From positions 23,049-87,048 of the forward strand of contig JBCCEA010000016.1 of NCBI GenBank assembly GCA_039030515.1: DNA of 64,000 nucleotides. The letters run 5' to 3'. Made by a program: the position numbers and the translations under genes. Each line of letters opens with the position of its first letter. Within the stretch, counting starts at the first letter, position 1. The stretch comes from Myxococcota bacterium. Lineage in GTDB: Bacteria; Myxococcota_A; Polyangia; Polyangiales; Houyiibacteriaceae. Positions 16,795-26,090 of this stretch are shown in pieces. Below the pieces are notes generated by a model. It searched no databases. It had not been told where the DNA came from and saw only the letters and a list, made by a program, of their open reading frames with translations.

Positions 16795-19188
16795 ATGAAT
16801 GACGGTGTGGATCCCCGCGCACGGGATCTTGGCGATCGTGCGGAACTCGGTTTGGAACGTCCACGGACTTCAGCTGCCGAAATCGAAAACGACGAGGAGA
16901 CACTAAAAAAAATAGGCCGCAAGACGACGATATTCGGGAGAGTAAGTGCGTTTTTGATCGTCGGAGGAGCGATCTTGCTCGGCTTCGTCGGCTGGGAAGC
17001 AAATGAAGAGTACGAAGCGAGAATGGATGGTTTCGACGCCATCGACCGCGCCGAGCCACCTCTCGATGGCCCGGCAGTGCTCGCCAAGCTTCGCTCGATC
17101 CTCGCCACCTCGAGCCATGACGATGCGCGCTCGAGAGCCATCAAGAACCTCGGCCATCTTAGAGATGTCGATTCGATGCCGCTCTTTATTGAAAACCTAG
17201 CGCGGAAGGGCCCGGTGCGACGAGATGCAGCATGGGCCATCGGGCGGATCGGATTACCCGATGCCGACGTCGCACGAGAAGCGCTCTTGTCCCAAGTCAG
17301 CAGCCTCGACGCACGAGACGAAGCTCAAGTACTTTGGACCCTCGCACTACTCGAGGAAACACGTGCAGCCGACACGATTCTGGCCGCGTTTCGTGCGGGT
17401 CGGTTTTCAGATATGGACGACTTTGATGCAGCGGTCCTCATCCGTGTGCTCGGTCCAGAAAGACTGAGTTCCGAAGCACTGATGACGCATGAGTCGGATT
17501 CTATAAGGCTGCTGACCGCTCACGCCCTGGCCGAAGCGTCGAACCCTTCGGTTGCCGACGCGCTCACTCGAATGCTCGAAGCAGAACTGCAACGACCAGA
17601 AGATCAACAGCAAACCGAGGTAATTCGAGCGATCGCAGGGGGCCTGGGTCGCGCGGGCGATCCCTTGGGGGCACGAGCGCTGTTCGATTTGCTGCATCGA
17701 AAACCAACCCTTCGCGCCGCAGTTTTGGATGCTCTAGCCAAGTCTACAGCGGGACCACAGCTTGCGGCACTGATGGTCGAAACGCAGGACGTAGGCATTC
17801 AGCGTGACCTCGCTGATCTGGTCGCGAAAAGTCATGACGATCGCGTCATCGACGCCCTTGTTGCACTTCTTGAACATGAAGAAGGCGAGCTTCAGAAGAT
17901 CGCTGCTCTCGGATTGGCGGAGCTCAGCGACACACGGGCTGCGCCAACCCTGTTCAAGCTTGCTGTGGCGGAAGACCGAGCAACGTCAGACGCGGCACTC
18001 GAAGGGTTGATCAAGATCGCAGGGCCAGAAAATGCGGCGGAGCTTATCGAACTACTCCAAAAGCTTGAAGGCTCACAGGCAGCGGTGATTCGCGCTCTTG
18101 GCGCCACCGGTGATTCGAGCACGACGGCGTCCGTGTTAGAATATCTGACAAAGTACGACGGCAAAGATCAGGAAGCAGCATCGCGCGCCTTGGCGCTACT
18201 GAATACGGATCCCGGATTCGACGCCCTGAGAACTCGGATTCGACGTCCTCCGGCGATCAACATGGCCGCTACCAGCTCGGTGGAGCGCCGCGTGCGGAAC
18301 GAAAAACTGCGCTCAAGCCGCAGAGCCGCCATCCAGGCGATCGGCCTATTCGAGCGTCCCGAGGTGAGCCCCGATCTTCGCTTCATCGTGGAGGACCCGA
18401 AAGACGACTACGAACTTCGGGCTCTGGCGGGGGAGGCCCTTGGACGATGCGCATCCAACGAGCAGCTGGTCGAAGTCATCCTCAAGATTTTAGATGAAAA
18501 CACCGATGCGCCGGCAAGACGATACTACCTGCGAGGCTTGTGGAGAACGCCAAGACCCGAGATTTCTTCCAAGCTGCTGGATTTGATGCGCAGCACCAGC
18601 GATCCTGAAGTGCGTCGCGCTGCGGCTTTAGCAATCGGCTACGGAGGAAACCCAGAAGTAGATCAAGCCCTGGCCGCGATGCTCCGTAACGACGAACTGC
18701 GCCGAGACGCCGCATTGGCCATCGTCCTCAGCGGAAGTATCGAAAATGCACACGCCCTTGTTCAGACCCTACTCGCTCATCGGGACATGAGAGAACTGGT
18801 GCAGGAACGAGTGACCAATACCGAAAACGACCGATTCAATGTCGTCACGGCTTACATGTTCGATAGCGAACAAATATGGAGACGGATCGAGACGGCACAC
18901 ATTCTTCGCGTTGGAGCTGAAGGCCGAAGCTTTGGCTACGCTTGGAACAAGGTGCTCAGCGTGCTTCAGAACGGCTGGGATGGCGTCGGCGGCCTGAATC
19001 GCAGAGAGATACGAGCTCGTCTCTGGAGTGCACTGCGCGCACCAGAGCCTGCAAAACGAAGACGGGCAGCGGAGGTTCTTGGAGCGATTTCCGAGATCGG
19101 ATTGCTGCTTCGAGCCAGAGATGAGGCAGGGGTCGGTGCAGCAGAAGCTCGAAGCGTGCTATTTGCGATGAACCAGCGATCTCAGTGA
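16795..19188 (+). CDS. Membrane-anchored HEAT-repeat protein
   Basis: 797 aa. One N-terminal TM segment (VSAFLIVGGAILLGFVGW), then about 700 aa of HEAT/PBS-lyase-like repeats (ARSRAIKNLGHLRDVDS, RRDAAWAIGRIG, IRLLTAHALAEAS, RRAAALAIGYGGN). Confidence 0.75.
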   Translation: MNDGVDPRARDLGDRAELGLERPRTSAAEIENDEETLKKIGRKTTIFGRVSAFLIVGGAILLGFVGWEANEEYEARMDGFDAIDRAEPPLDGPAVLAKLRSILATSSHDDARSRAIKNLGHLRDVDSMPLFIENLARKGPVRRDAAWAIGRIGLPDADVAREALLSQVSSLDARDEAQVLWTLALLEETRAADTILAAFRAGRFSDMDDFDAAVLIRVLGPERLSSEALMTHESDSIRLLTAHALAEASNPSVADALTRMLEAELQRPEDQQQTEVIRAIAGGLGRAGDPLGARALFDLLHRKPTLRAAVLDALAKSTAGPQLAALMVETQDVGIQRDLADLVAKSHDDRVIDALVALLEHEEGELQKIAALGLAELSDTRAAPTLFKLAVAEDRATSDAALEGLIKIAGPENAAELIELLQKLEGSQAAVIRALGATGDSSTTASVLEYLTKYDGKDQEAASRALALLNTDPGFDALRTRIRRPPAINMAATSSVERRVRNEKLRSSRRAAIQAIGLFERPEVSPDLRFIVEDPKDDYELRALAGEALGRCASNEQLVEVILKILDENTDAPARRYYLRGLWRTPRPEISSKLLDLMRSTSDPEVRRAAALAIGYGGNPEVDQALAAMLRNDELRRDAALAIVLSGSIENAHALVQTLLAHRDMRELVQERVTNTENDRFNVVTAYMFDSEQIWRRIETAHILRVGAEGRSFGYAWNKVLSVLQNGWDGVGGLNRREIRARLWSALRAPEPAKRRRAAEVLGAISEIGLLLRARDEAGVGAAEARSVLFAMNQRSQ

Positions 19189-19272
19189 GGAAACCAGATG
19201 AGGTTGCATTCTACTTGGCTCAAGGCCGGAGTTGCGGATCGAAAGCGTTCTTCACAATTTCGGCTCGAGATC

Positions 19273-20520
19273 TTACGCCAAGTCGCGATCGGTACCGGCC
19301 GCCCGACTGAACTCGGAGCCCGTTGGTTCGTAGTCCGTCGAGTTGAGCGCATGCATCACGTCCCTTAAGACGTCTTCTGTACCTTCCAGGCCGACCGCAT
19401 AGCGAACCAGACCCTCCCCGATACCCAGCACGCTACGCCCTTCCGGCCCTAAATCGTAGTAGCTCATCAACGCCGGCTGCTCGATGAGCGAATCCACGCC
19501 GCCGAGACTGGGTCCGATCTTCGGTATCCTGCAGGCATCGACGAAACGCCCCACCTCTTCTAGCGTTCCTTCTACATCAAACGTGACAACGCCACCGAAC
19601 CCCGTCATCAACCTCCGAGCCACGGCAGCGTCAGGGTGGCTGTCGAGTCCTGCATACCAAACTCGCTTAACCCGCGGATGCTCTTGCAACGCTGCAGCAA
19701 GCGCGCTGGCGGTACGATTCTGTTGCGCGACCCGAACCGCTAGCGTCTTCATACCTCGGTGGATCAACCATGCTGCATGGGGATCCAATACGGCGCCGAG
19801 CACATGTCGCAGTTCTCGAATCAGCGATATGAGACCGGACGCTCCAGCGACTACTCCTCCGAGAACATCATTATGCCCTCCGAGGTACTTTGTCGCGCTG
19901 TGCACCACCAAATCGATCCCGTACTCCGCCGGGCGCATATTGATCGGCGTTGCAAAAGTGCTGTCGATCATAGACTTGACTCGATGTTCCCGACAAAGCT
20001 CCGCCAAACGGGGCAGGTCTACAACACTCTGATAGGGATTGGTCGGAGCCTCGCTGATCACCAGCTTCGTATTCGGCCTCAGAGCTTGCTCTAACGCCGC
20101 AAGATCTGCCGAGGGCACCACAGTGTGCTCTACATTGAACTTTACCAAGAAATCACAAACAAATTGGCGCGTTCTCCGGTAACAGTCAGAGAACAAAACC
20201 ACGTGGGAACCCGAACGTACAAGCGCCATGATTCCCGTCGTCACCGCGGCCATACCTGACGAAAATGCAACGGCGTCCACACAGCCTTCGAGCTTCGCTA
20301 CCTTGGATTCCACAAGTCGAACGGTGGGATTGCCGTATCGACCGTACTCTTCCCGCTGAACGCCCCCCTCCATGAACGCCACAACTTCCGAAGTGGTTCC
20401 GAACGTGTAAGTCGCCGTCTGATACAGAGGAGGGGCCAGTGTATCGTGCGGGTGGTCTGGAGCCTCTCCGCCCTGAACTACCTCAGTGTATGGGAAACAT
20501 TGCGTCTGTTTTGGCGACAT
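19273..20520 (-). CDS. Cys/Met-metabolism PLP-dependent enzyme (cystathionine gamma-synthase/beta-lyase family)
   Basis: Trimmed from track ORF 19273-21006 to ATG 20520 (MSPKQTQ...PPLYQTATYTF). The PLP-lysine motif is HSATKYLGGHNDVLGG. The upstream 162 codons of the track ORF overlap the divergent RRM gene and look non-coding. Confidence 0.9.
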   Translation of the reverse strand: MSPKQTQCFPYTEVVQGGEAPDHPHDTLAPPLYQTATYTFGTTSEVVAFMEGGVQREEYGRYGNPTVRLVESKVAKLEGCVDAVAFSSGMAAVTTGIMALVRSGSHVVLFSDCYRRTRQFVCDFLVKFNVEHTVVPSADLAALEQALRPNTKLVISEAPTNPYQSVVDLPRLAELCREHRVKSMIDSTFATPINMRPAEYGIDLVVHSATKYLGGHNDVLGGVVAGASGLISLIRELRHVLGAVLDPHAAWLIHRGMKTLAVRVAQQNRTASALAAALQEHPRVKRVWYAGLDSHPDAAVARRLMTGFGGVVTFDVEGTLEEVGRFVDACRIPKIGPSLGGVDSLIEQPALMSYYDLGPEGRSVLGIGEGLVRYAVGLEGTEDVLRDVMHALNSTDYEPTGSEFSRAAGTDRDLA

Positions 20521-20643
20521 CTTGAACCGAACATAATCCAGTAAATACCGACGCGCTCGCCTCGAACCGACTCCGTGAGACACTCCCGCTTGCTCGAACC
20601 TAATTCGAGAGGTATGTTTCTTATCGGCAAGAGGCAATTTTAT

Positions 20644-21336
20644 ATGGGTACCCGGGTGTTTGTAGGCAACTTGTCCTGGTCCACGAGCGAGGACAACCTG
20701 CGAGTTTTTTTCGAACAAGAAGGAAAACGAGAGGTCGTCGATGTACGCATCATCAACGACCGAGAAACTGGCAAGTCGCGAGGCTTTGGTTTCGTCGAAT
20801 TCGCGAACGATGACGGTGCACGCTCCGCAATCGACGACTTGAACGGTCAGGAACTGGAGGGTCGTCAGGTCGCCGTGAAGGAGGCGCACGCCAAGGATGA
20901 TCGGGGAAGCGGTCCGCCAAGAGGCGAGCGCCGAGACCGGCGCGGAAGATCTTTTGAACCGAGAGACGGCATTGCAAGACCGCCACGCGACCGAGGAGCT
21001 CCACACAGGGAACGCTCCTTTGGCGGACGCGATTCCCGAAGCGATCTGCGTGGCAGTGGTAGATCCGGCTCCGAAGGCTACAGCAACGAAGACCGACGGG
21101 GTGGCGGAGACCGACCTAGAGGCGACGATCGATCACGAGGAGAGTACCGACGGCGTGACGGCGGGGGTAGCAGAGGCGGCCCTAGAGCCCTCGATGTCCA
21201 GCAGGAAGATGCAAGAAGTGCAAAAGCCGACTGGAATGGTGGCAAACGAAGGCGACCTCCCCGTCAAGACAAGGAGAATAAAGAAGAGCAGTCGTCAGAC
21301 TACTCGGATTACGATGATGACGACGGCTGGAACTGA
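20644..21336 (+). CDS. RRM-type RNA-binding protein with long RG/RGG-rich tail
   Basis: Start trimmed to ATG 20644 (MGTRVFVGNLSW = RNP2; RGFGFVEF = RNP1). The RRM of about 83 aa is followed by about 147 aa rich in R/G/D/S and ending in the acidic SSDYSDYDDDDGWN. Confidence 0.88.
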   Translation: MGTRVFVGNLSWSTSEDNLRVFFEQEGKREVVDVRIINDRETGKSRGFGFVEFANDDGARSAIDDLNGQELEGRQVAVKEAHAKDDRGSGPPRGERRDRRGRSFEPRDGIARPPRDRGAPHRERSFGGRDSRSDLRGSGRSGSEGYSNEDRRGGGDRPRGDDRSRGEYRRRDGGGSRGGPRALDVQQEDARSAKADWNGGKRRRPPRQDKENKEEQSSDYSDYDDDDGWN

Positions 21337-21384
21337 ACGGTGATTTTGACCCCTTCGAAATAGATTTTGGAGGGGTCGTTAGCC

Positions 21385-21435
21385 GAATTGCAAAAGGCAG
21401 ATTGACAATTTGATTCAATCTGCCTTTTGCAATTC
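21385..21435. terminator. Perfect 20-bp inverted repeat (11-nt loop) between convergent RRM gene and nuoI
   Basis: GAATTGCAAAAGGCAGATTG (21385-21404), acaatttgatt, CAATCTGCCTTTTGCAATTC (21416-21435). It sits in an AT-rich pocket and is followed by TGTATTTACTTTG. Confidence 0.7.
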
Positions 21436-21471
21436 TGTATTTACTTTGTGAACGTGAGACTTCTATTTTTA

Positions 21472-22074
21472 CTAGTGACCCTGTTCCCTGTCGATTCCTG
21501 GATGGCTGGGATCGCCGGGTTCGTGTCTTAGGTTTCCAGTGACGTAGGTTCCATCGTGTCCTGGAATAGACATGAGCGTTTCTTTATCGTAGATAAAATG
21601 TGCTCGCTTGGTGGAGGGTGGCATATGCATACCGGTATCCATTCGAATCGCGTCGCACGGACACGCTTCCACGCAATAACCGCAAAAAATACAGCGTAGT
21701 TCGTCGATAACGAACACTTCTGGGTATCGCTCATATCCGTAACGCGGATCATCCGGCTGATACTCGGCAGGCTCGATGTGTATGCACTGCGCAGGACATG
21801 CGGTACTGCAACACAGACAGGCAACACATCGAGGCGATCCATCCGTTCGATGGGTGAGTCGATGAATCCCTCGGAACCGTTCGGGATATTCTCTCTGCTC
21901 TTCTGGATACCGTACCGTAGCTATCTCGGTATTCTCTGGCCTCGAGAACGTATTCTTGAAAAAGCGATTCATCGTGAGCCCCAGACCTTTGGCGATCTCA
22001 GGAATGAATGCTTGCTCTGCTATGGTCCGTTTCGGCTTGCGAATGACCTTTGTTTTTACAACAGCCACGTTCAC
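21472..22074 (-). CDS. nuoI: NADH-quinone oxidoreductase subunit I
   Basis: Trimmed to GTG 22074, which overlaps the nuoH stop (GTGA). Two 4Fe-4S motifs: CVACLCCSTACP and CIFCGYCVEACP. Confidence 0.9.
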   Translation of the reverse strand: MNVAVVKTKVIRKPKRTIAEQAFIPEIAKGLGLTMNRFFKNTFSRPENTEIATVRYPEEQREYPERFRGIHRLTHRTDGSPRCVACLCCSTACPAQCIHIEPAEYQPDDPRYGYERYPEVFVIDELRCIFCGYCVEACPCDAIRMDTGMHMPPSTKRAHFIYDKETLMSIPGHDGTYVTGNLRHEPGDPSHPGIDREQGH

Positions 22075-23234
22075 CTCTCGATAAGGAGCAGTACAACTCC
22101 GGTGGCAACAACGTTTAATAGGGCTAGCGGTAAGATATACTTCCAACAAAGCGCCATGATCTGGTCGTAACGAAATCGGGGAAGACTCCATCGAATCATA
22201 AGCTGGAACCAAATCAAGAGAGATACCTTCACAATAAAGGTGAGCGTCTGCAAAGCGATCACCACGATGTGCGGAAGTGAACCGTCCCAGTAGACAGCGT
22301 ACCCACCTACGGAGAAATCGAGCGCGTACCCGAAGAACTCGAGACCGCTGCGATCCAGTAGCGGCAAGTCCCAACCGCCGAAAAATATCGTCGTCGCCAA
22401 TGCCGAAAGAACGACCACTTCGATGAACTCTCCCATGAAGAACATGCCGAACTTCATGCCGGAGTACTCGGTAAAGTATCCACCGACCAGTTCGCTCTCT
22501 CCTTCAGGAACGTCGAACGGTATGCGCTTGGTCTCGGCGATTGCTGCCGTGAAGTATAGGAGGAATGCGACGGGCTGAATGAAGATGCCCCACACGTGGC
22601 GATGCTGCCAAAGAACCATGTCCTCTAGACGCAGAGTGTCGTAGATCATGAAACAGCCGACTAGGGTTAGTCCAAGCGCAACTTCGTAACTAACCATCTG
22701 ACCTGCAGCGCGAAGACCTCCAAGCAGCGAATATTTATTGTCGCTCGCGTATCCGGCTATTGCAGCGCCGACCACTCCTGTGCCTGCGAGTGCGAAGACA
22801 AATAGAATGCCCACGTTGAGTTTCGCCACCTGCATGGGAATAGCGACTCCAGTTACGCTTCCATGCACGGGTAAGGCGTTCCAAAGGTATTCGAGATACA
22901 GCGTATCTGCGAAAGGAATGACCGCGAAGGTTCCGATAGCGGTCACCAGCGTGATCACCGGAGCAAGACTGTGAAGCAGGCGATCGGCTTTTGCTGGTAC
23001 AAAGTCTTCCTTCCAAATCATTTTCAGTGCGTCCGCGAGCGGATGCAGCAAACCGGCCAATTCAATCTTTCGCCCAAAGAGGCGAAATCCTGCTCGATGG
23101 GGTCCGACTCGGTCTTGGATCATCGCGCTCTGCCGGCGCTCAGCCCACACAAGAACCGGAGCAAAAGTGAAGATGATCACGAGCACAAAGCCAATTTTGG
23201 CTGCGGTTGAAATAAGCAGAGTAGCTGTGTCCAT
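22071..23234 (-). CDS. nuoH: NADH-quinone oxidoreductase subunit H
   Basis: 387-aa polytopic membrane protein. ERRQSAMIQDRVGPHR, YFTEYSGMKFGMFFMGEF and RFRYDQIM are typical of NuoH/ND1. Confidence 0.95.
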   Translation of the reverse strand: MDTATLLISTAAKIGFVLVIIFTFAPVLVWAERRQSAMIQDRVGPHRAGFRLFGRKIELAGLLHPLADALKMIWKEDFVPAKADRLLHSLAPVITLVTAIGTFAVIPFADTLYLEYLWNALPVHGSVTGVAIPMQVAKLNVGILFVFALAGTGVVGAAIAGYASDNKYSLLGGLRAAGQMVSYEVALGLTLVGCFMIYDTLRLEDMVLWQHRHVWGIFIQPVAFLLYFTAAIAETKRIPFDVPEGESELVGGYFTEYSGMKFGMFFMGEFIEVVVLSALATTIFFGGWDLPLLDRSGLEFFGYALDFSVGGYAVYWDGSLPHIVVIALQTLTFIVKVSLLIWFQLMIRWSLPRFRYDQIMALCWKYILPLALLNVVATGVVLLLIER

Positions 23235-24868
23235 TATACCGTGGCTCCTGCAGCAGCTGCAGAGTCTGACGACTGAGCCGACACGGAACTCGTCGACTCA
23301 TTCAGTAGCGCGCGCAGCCCCTTGATGTTCGAAAAGCCCAATTCGCGTCCCATTTCCGCAGCCAAGGTGGCGATCGCTTTCCAAGCAGGCTGCACTCCTG
23401 GGGGTGCCGGAACCGCCCTTCGGAACTGCTGGTCGAGGCCGTCACGATTCCGAAAAGTCCCAAAGTCTTCAAGCCATGAAACAGTCGGGATAACCACCGA
23501 GGCGACTGTCGTGAATGCGCTCTCGTTGCTTGCCAGATTCACGATTGCTTCGAGCTCACCAAGCGCGCTCAGTTGCTGAGCGAACTCAGTACTTGCAGAG
23601 CCAAGTAGCAACACCGCCTCGATCTCCTTTGCTGCCACGTCTCGCATGAGATCGTTCAAATTGCGATCGATCTCGCGACCCGCCGCATGAGTGACTCCTG
23701 CCCGATTGGGGTTTTGGTCCGCACTGCGTAAAATATCGTCGCCGACCCAATCGGGGCGCGCATTGACGTAGAGCTTTGAGGTGCCCAGTGTTTCAGCAAA
23801 GCGTACCGCAGCGAAGTTGTCTTCGGAGGAGCGTAGCGCAGAGAGAACCACGGCAATGCGTGAGGATTCTACGGCGCTGAAACGAGCCGCGGCTTGCCGA
23901 ATCGACTCGGTAGGAGAACACCCTTCCCGCTCGTCTCCTCGGCCGATCAGGCCACCGTACATTCGGCCTTCGTGAGCCGAAATGTAGGTCATCATACCGT
24001 CGTCACACATCCAGTGCTGATTCACTTGAGGATTGTCACGTGGTCGCAAACGATAAACTTTGCCGTAACGTGGATCGTGATCTGCGTGAGCGTTGCATCC
24101 GGTGGCACAACCTGGACACACAGTCGGTGAGGCTTTCAAGAACCAAACGCGCGCTTTGAACCTGAAGTCTCGGCTGGTAAGGGCTCCAACCGGACAGACA
24201 TGCTCTGTCATCAACGTGTATCGGTGATCTAACTGACGTCCCGGAGCCAACACGATCTCGTTGCGATTTCCCCTTTCACGCATGTCGAGCACGGGATCTC
24301 CAACAAGTTCCTCGCAGACGCGAATACACCTCGTGCACATAATGCAGCGCTCGGCGTCGTAAACGATGGTGGGACCGAATCGAACGCCTTTTGGTTTGTG
24401 TACCGGTTCAGTTCGCTTTCGCTTTAGGGAAGTCTGATGGTCCAGCCAATAATCTTGAAGCTTGCACTCGCCTGCCTGGTCGCAGATCGGGCAGTCCACC
24501 GGATGATTCAGAAGCAAGAACTCTTGCACCGAAGCCCGCGCGTTCGCCACGTCGGGTCCAGCGGTGTCGATTTCCATTCCGGCTTGCGCCTCGATTTGAC
24601 ATGCAGGCTGCAGCTTTGGTTTCGTCTCGGGCAAAAAAGCCTTCTTCTTGGCGTTCCACTTCAGGATAGGCATTTCCATTTGGCGCCCGCTCTTGATGTG
24701 GACGAGACACATCCGACAGTTGGCCGCAACGCTTAAACCTGGATGCCAGCAATAGTGGGGAATCTCGATCCCTTGTCGCCACGCGGCTCGAATGATCGTA
24801 TCCCCCGGTTCGAAGGGCACCGGCTTGCCGTCTATTGTTATCTTCGTTTCCTCAGGTGAATGCTCCAT
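23234..24868 (-). CDS. nuoG: NADH-quinone oxidoreductase subunit G-like (short form, 544 aa)
   Basis: Trimmed to ATG 24868, which shares one nucleotide with the nuoD stop (TGATG). Its own stop shares one nucleotide with the nuoH start (TAATG). Fe-S motifs present: C-x10-C-x2-C (CWHPGLSVAANCRMC), HPVDCPICDQAGEC, CIMCTRCIRVC, CPGCATGC. Confidence 0.85.
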   Translation of the reverse strand: MEHSPEETKITIDGKPVPFEPGDTIIRAAWRQGIEIPHYCWHPGLSVAANCRMCLVHIKSGRQMEMPILKWNAKKKAFLPETKPKLQPACQIEAQAGMEIDTAGPDVANARASVQEFLLLNHPVDCPICDQAGECKLQDYWLDHQTSLKRKRTEPVHKPKGVRFGPTIVYDAERCIMCTRCIRVCEELVGDPVLDMRERGNRNEIVLAPGRQLDHRYTLMTEHVCPVGALTSRDFRFKARVWFLKASPTVCPGCATGCNAHADHDPRYGKVYRLRPRDNPQVNQHWMCDDGMMTYISAHEGRMYGGLIGRGDEREGCSPTESIRQAAARFSAVESSRIAVVLSALRSSEDNFAAVRFAETLGTSKLYVNARPDWVGDDILRSADQNPNRAGVTHAAGREIDRNLNDLMRDVAAKEIEAVLLLGSASTEFAQQLSALGELEAIVNLASNESAFTTVASVVIPTVSWLEDFGTFRNRDGLDQQFRRAVPAPPGVQPAWKAIATLAAEMGRELGFSNIKGLRALLNESTSSVSAQSSDSAAAAGATV

Positions 24869-26088
24869 CACCGATCGCACTCCCCACCGATCATATTCAC
24901 CGAACCAAACGTCGGAATAATGTCGGCGACCATATCTCCGATTATCATTTCGCGACACGCCTGCAGGTTGTACCAACAGGGCGGTCGCACTCGAACACGG
25001 TAGGGCGTGCCGCTTCCATCAGATACGATGAAGAAACCAAGCTCTCCATTTGCACCTTCCGTGTGACTATACACCTGACCGGGCGGAGGCTTGACCCCCT
25101 CCATCACCAGCTTGAAATGCGAGATGGTCGCCTCGATCGTGTCGTAGACTTCGTTCTTTGCCGGCAGTAAAAAACGAGGATCGTCGACGGACACCGGGCC
25201 ACTGCCCGGCATTTGCTCGAGAGCCTGCTCGATGATTCGAATCGACTGCCGGATCTCCTCCATCCGGACCATGAATCGATCCCAGTTGTCTCCGTCTTCT
25301 CCGACTGGAACCTCAAAGTCGAAACGGTCGTAAACCAGGTAGGGATCATCACGCCGGACGTCGTAGTCCAGCCCAGACGCGCGAGCTACGGGACCGGTGA
25401 CTCCGTACTGAATCGCCCGCTCTTTCGGCAGAATCCCGGTGCCCTGGGTGCGATCGAGGAAGATACGATTCTTCAGGAGCATCGTTTCTGTTTCGATCGT
25501 GACCTTACGAATCTCAACGAGAACGCCTCGAACATCCTCGATAAAGTGTTCGGTGGGCGGATGCGCCATTCCACCGACTCTGCCGAAGCTATGAGTCAAC
25601 CGAGCCCCAGACTCTTTTTCTAAAATATCCCAAATCCAATCGCGAACCTTCAGGATCCATAGAAACGGAGTAAAGGCTCCAAGCTCCATGGCAGTCGCGC
25701 CATTGCATGTAAAATGGTCGCAGATTCGGGAAAGCTCTCCGAGGATGACTCGGTAATACTGGCCCCTCTCTGGGACCTGCAGCTCGCAGAGTTTTTCCAC
25801 TGCGAGCGCAAACCCTACGTTGTTGAGCATAGGCGACACATAGTTGAGCCGGTCCGCATAGGGGAACACTTGATTCCAGGTCCCTCGTTCGCAAGACTTC
25901 TCAAAACCGCGATGCAAGTATCCTGGTTGAATATCGACGTTTAAAACGGTCTCTCCCTCGAGATCGAGAACCATGCGAATCGTTCCGTGCATGGCCGGAT
26001 GACTAGGCCCCATATTGAGGCGCATCGGATCGGTATGCAGCTCGAGTGCACCTTCTTCTTCATCCAGGAGGTCATCGATTGGCTCCAT
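24868..26088 (-). CDS. nuoD: NADH-quinone oxidoreductase subunit D
   Basis: 406 aa. NMGPSHPAMHGTIR, YADRLNYVS and the C-terminal GECDR are typical of NuoD/49-kDa subunit. Confidence 0.95.
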   Translation of the reverse strand: MEPIDDLLDEEEGALELHTDPMRLNMGPSHPAMHGTIRMVLDLEGETVLNVDIQPGYLHRGFEKSCERGTWNQVFPYADRLNYVSPMLNNVGFALAVEKLCELQVPERGQYYRVILGELSRICDHFTCNGATAMELGAFTPFLWILKVRDWIWDILEKESGARLTHSFGRVGGMAHPPTEHFIEDVRGVLVEIRKVTIETETMLLKNRIFLDRTQGTGILPKERAIQYGVTGPVARASGLDYDVRRDDPYLVYDRFDFEVPVGEDGDNWDRFMVRMEEIRQSIRIIEQALEQMPGSGPVSVDDPRFLLPAKNEVYDTIEATISHFKLVMEGVKPPPGQVYSHTEGANGELGFFIVSDGSGTPYRVRVRPPCWYNLQACREMIIGDMVADIIPTFGSVNMIGGECDR

Positions 26089-26090
26089 GG

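Noticed and set aside
20521-20643. SAM riboswitch upstream of the Cys/Met PLP enzyme
   Set aside because: The spacer to the divergent RRM gene is only 123 nt, and the minus-strand leader shows no SAM-I or SAM-II conserved segments.
20521-21006. N-terminal 162 codons of track ORF 19273-21006, and similar 5' extensions of ORFs 21472-22374, 23234-24976, 10851-11645, 28175-29245, 38252-40141 and 60461-61006
   Set aside because: The extensions overlap neighbouring well-supported genes or lack coding character. Internal starts give canonical N-termini, Shine-Dalgarno motifs or stop/start coupling.
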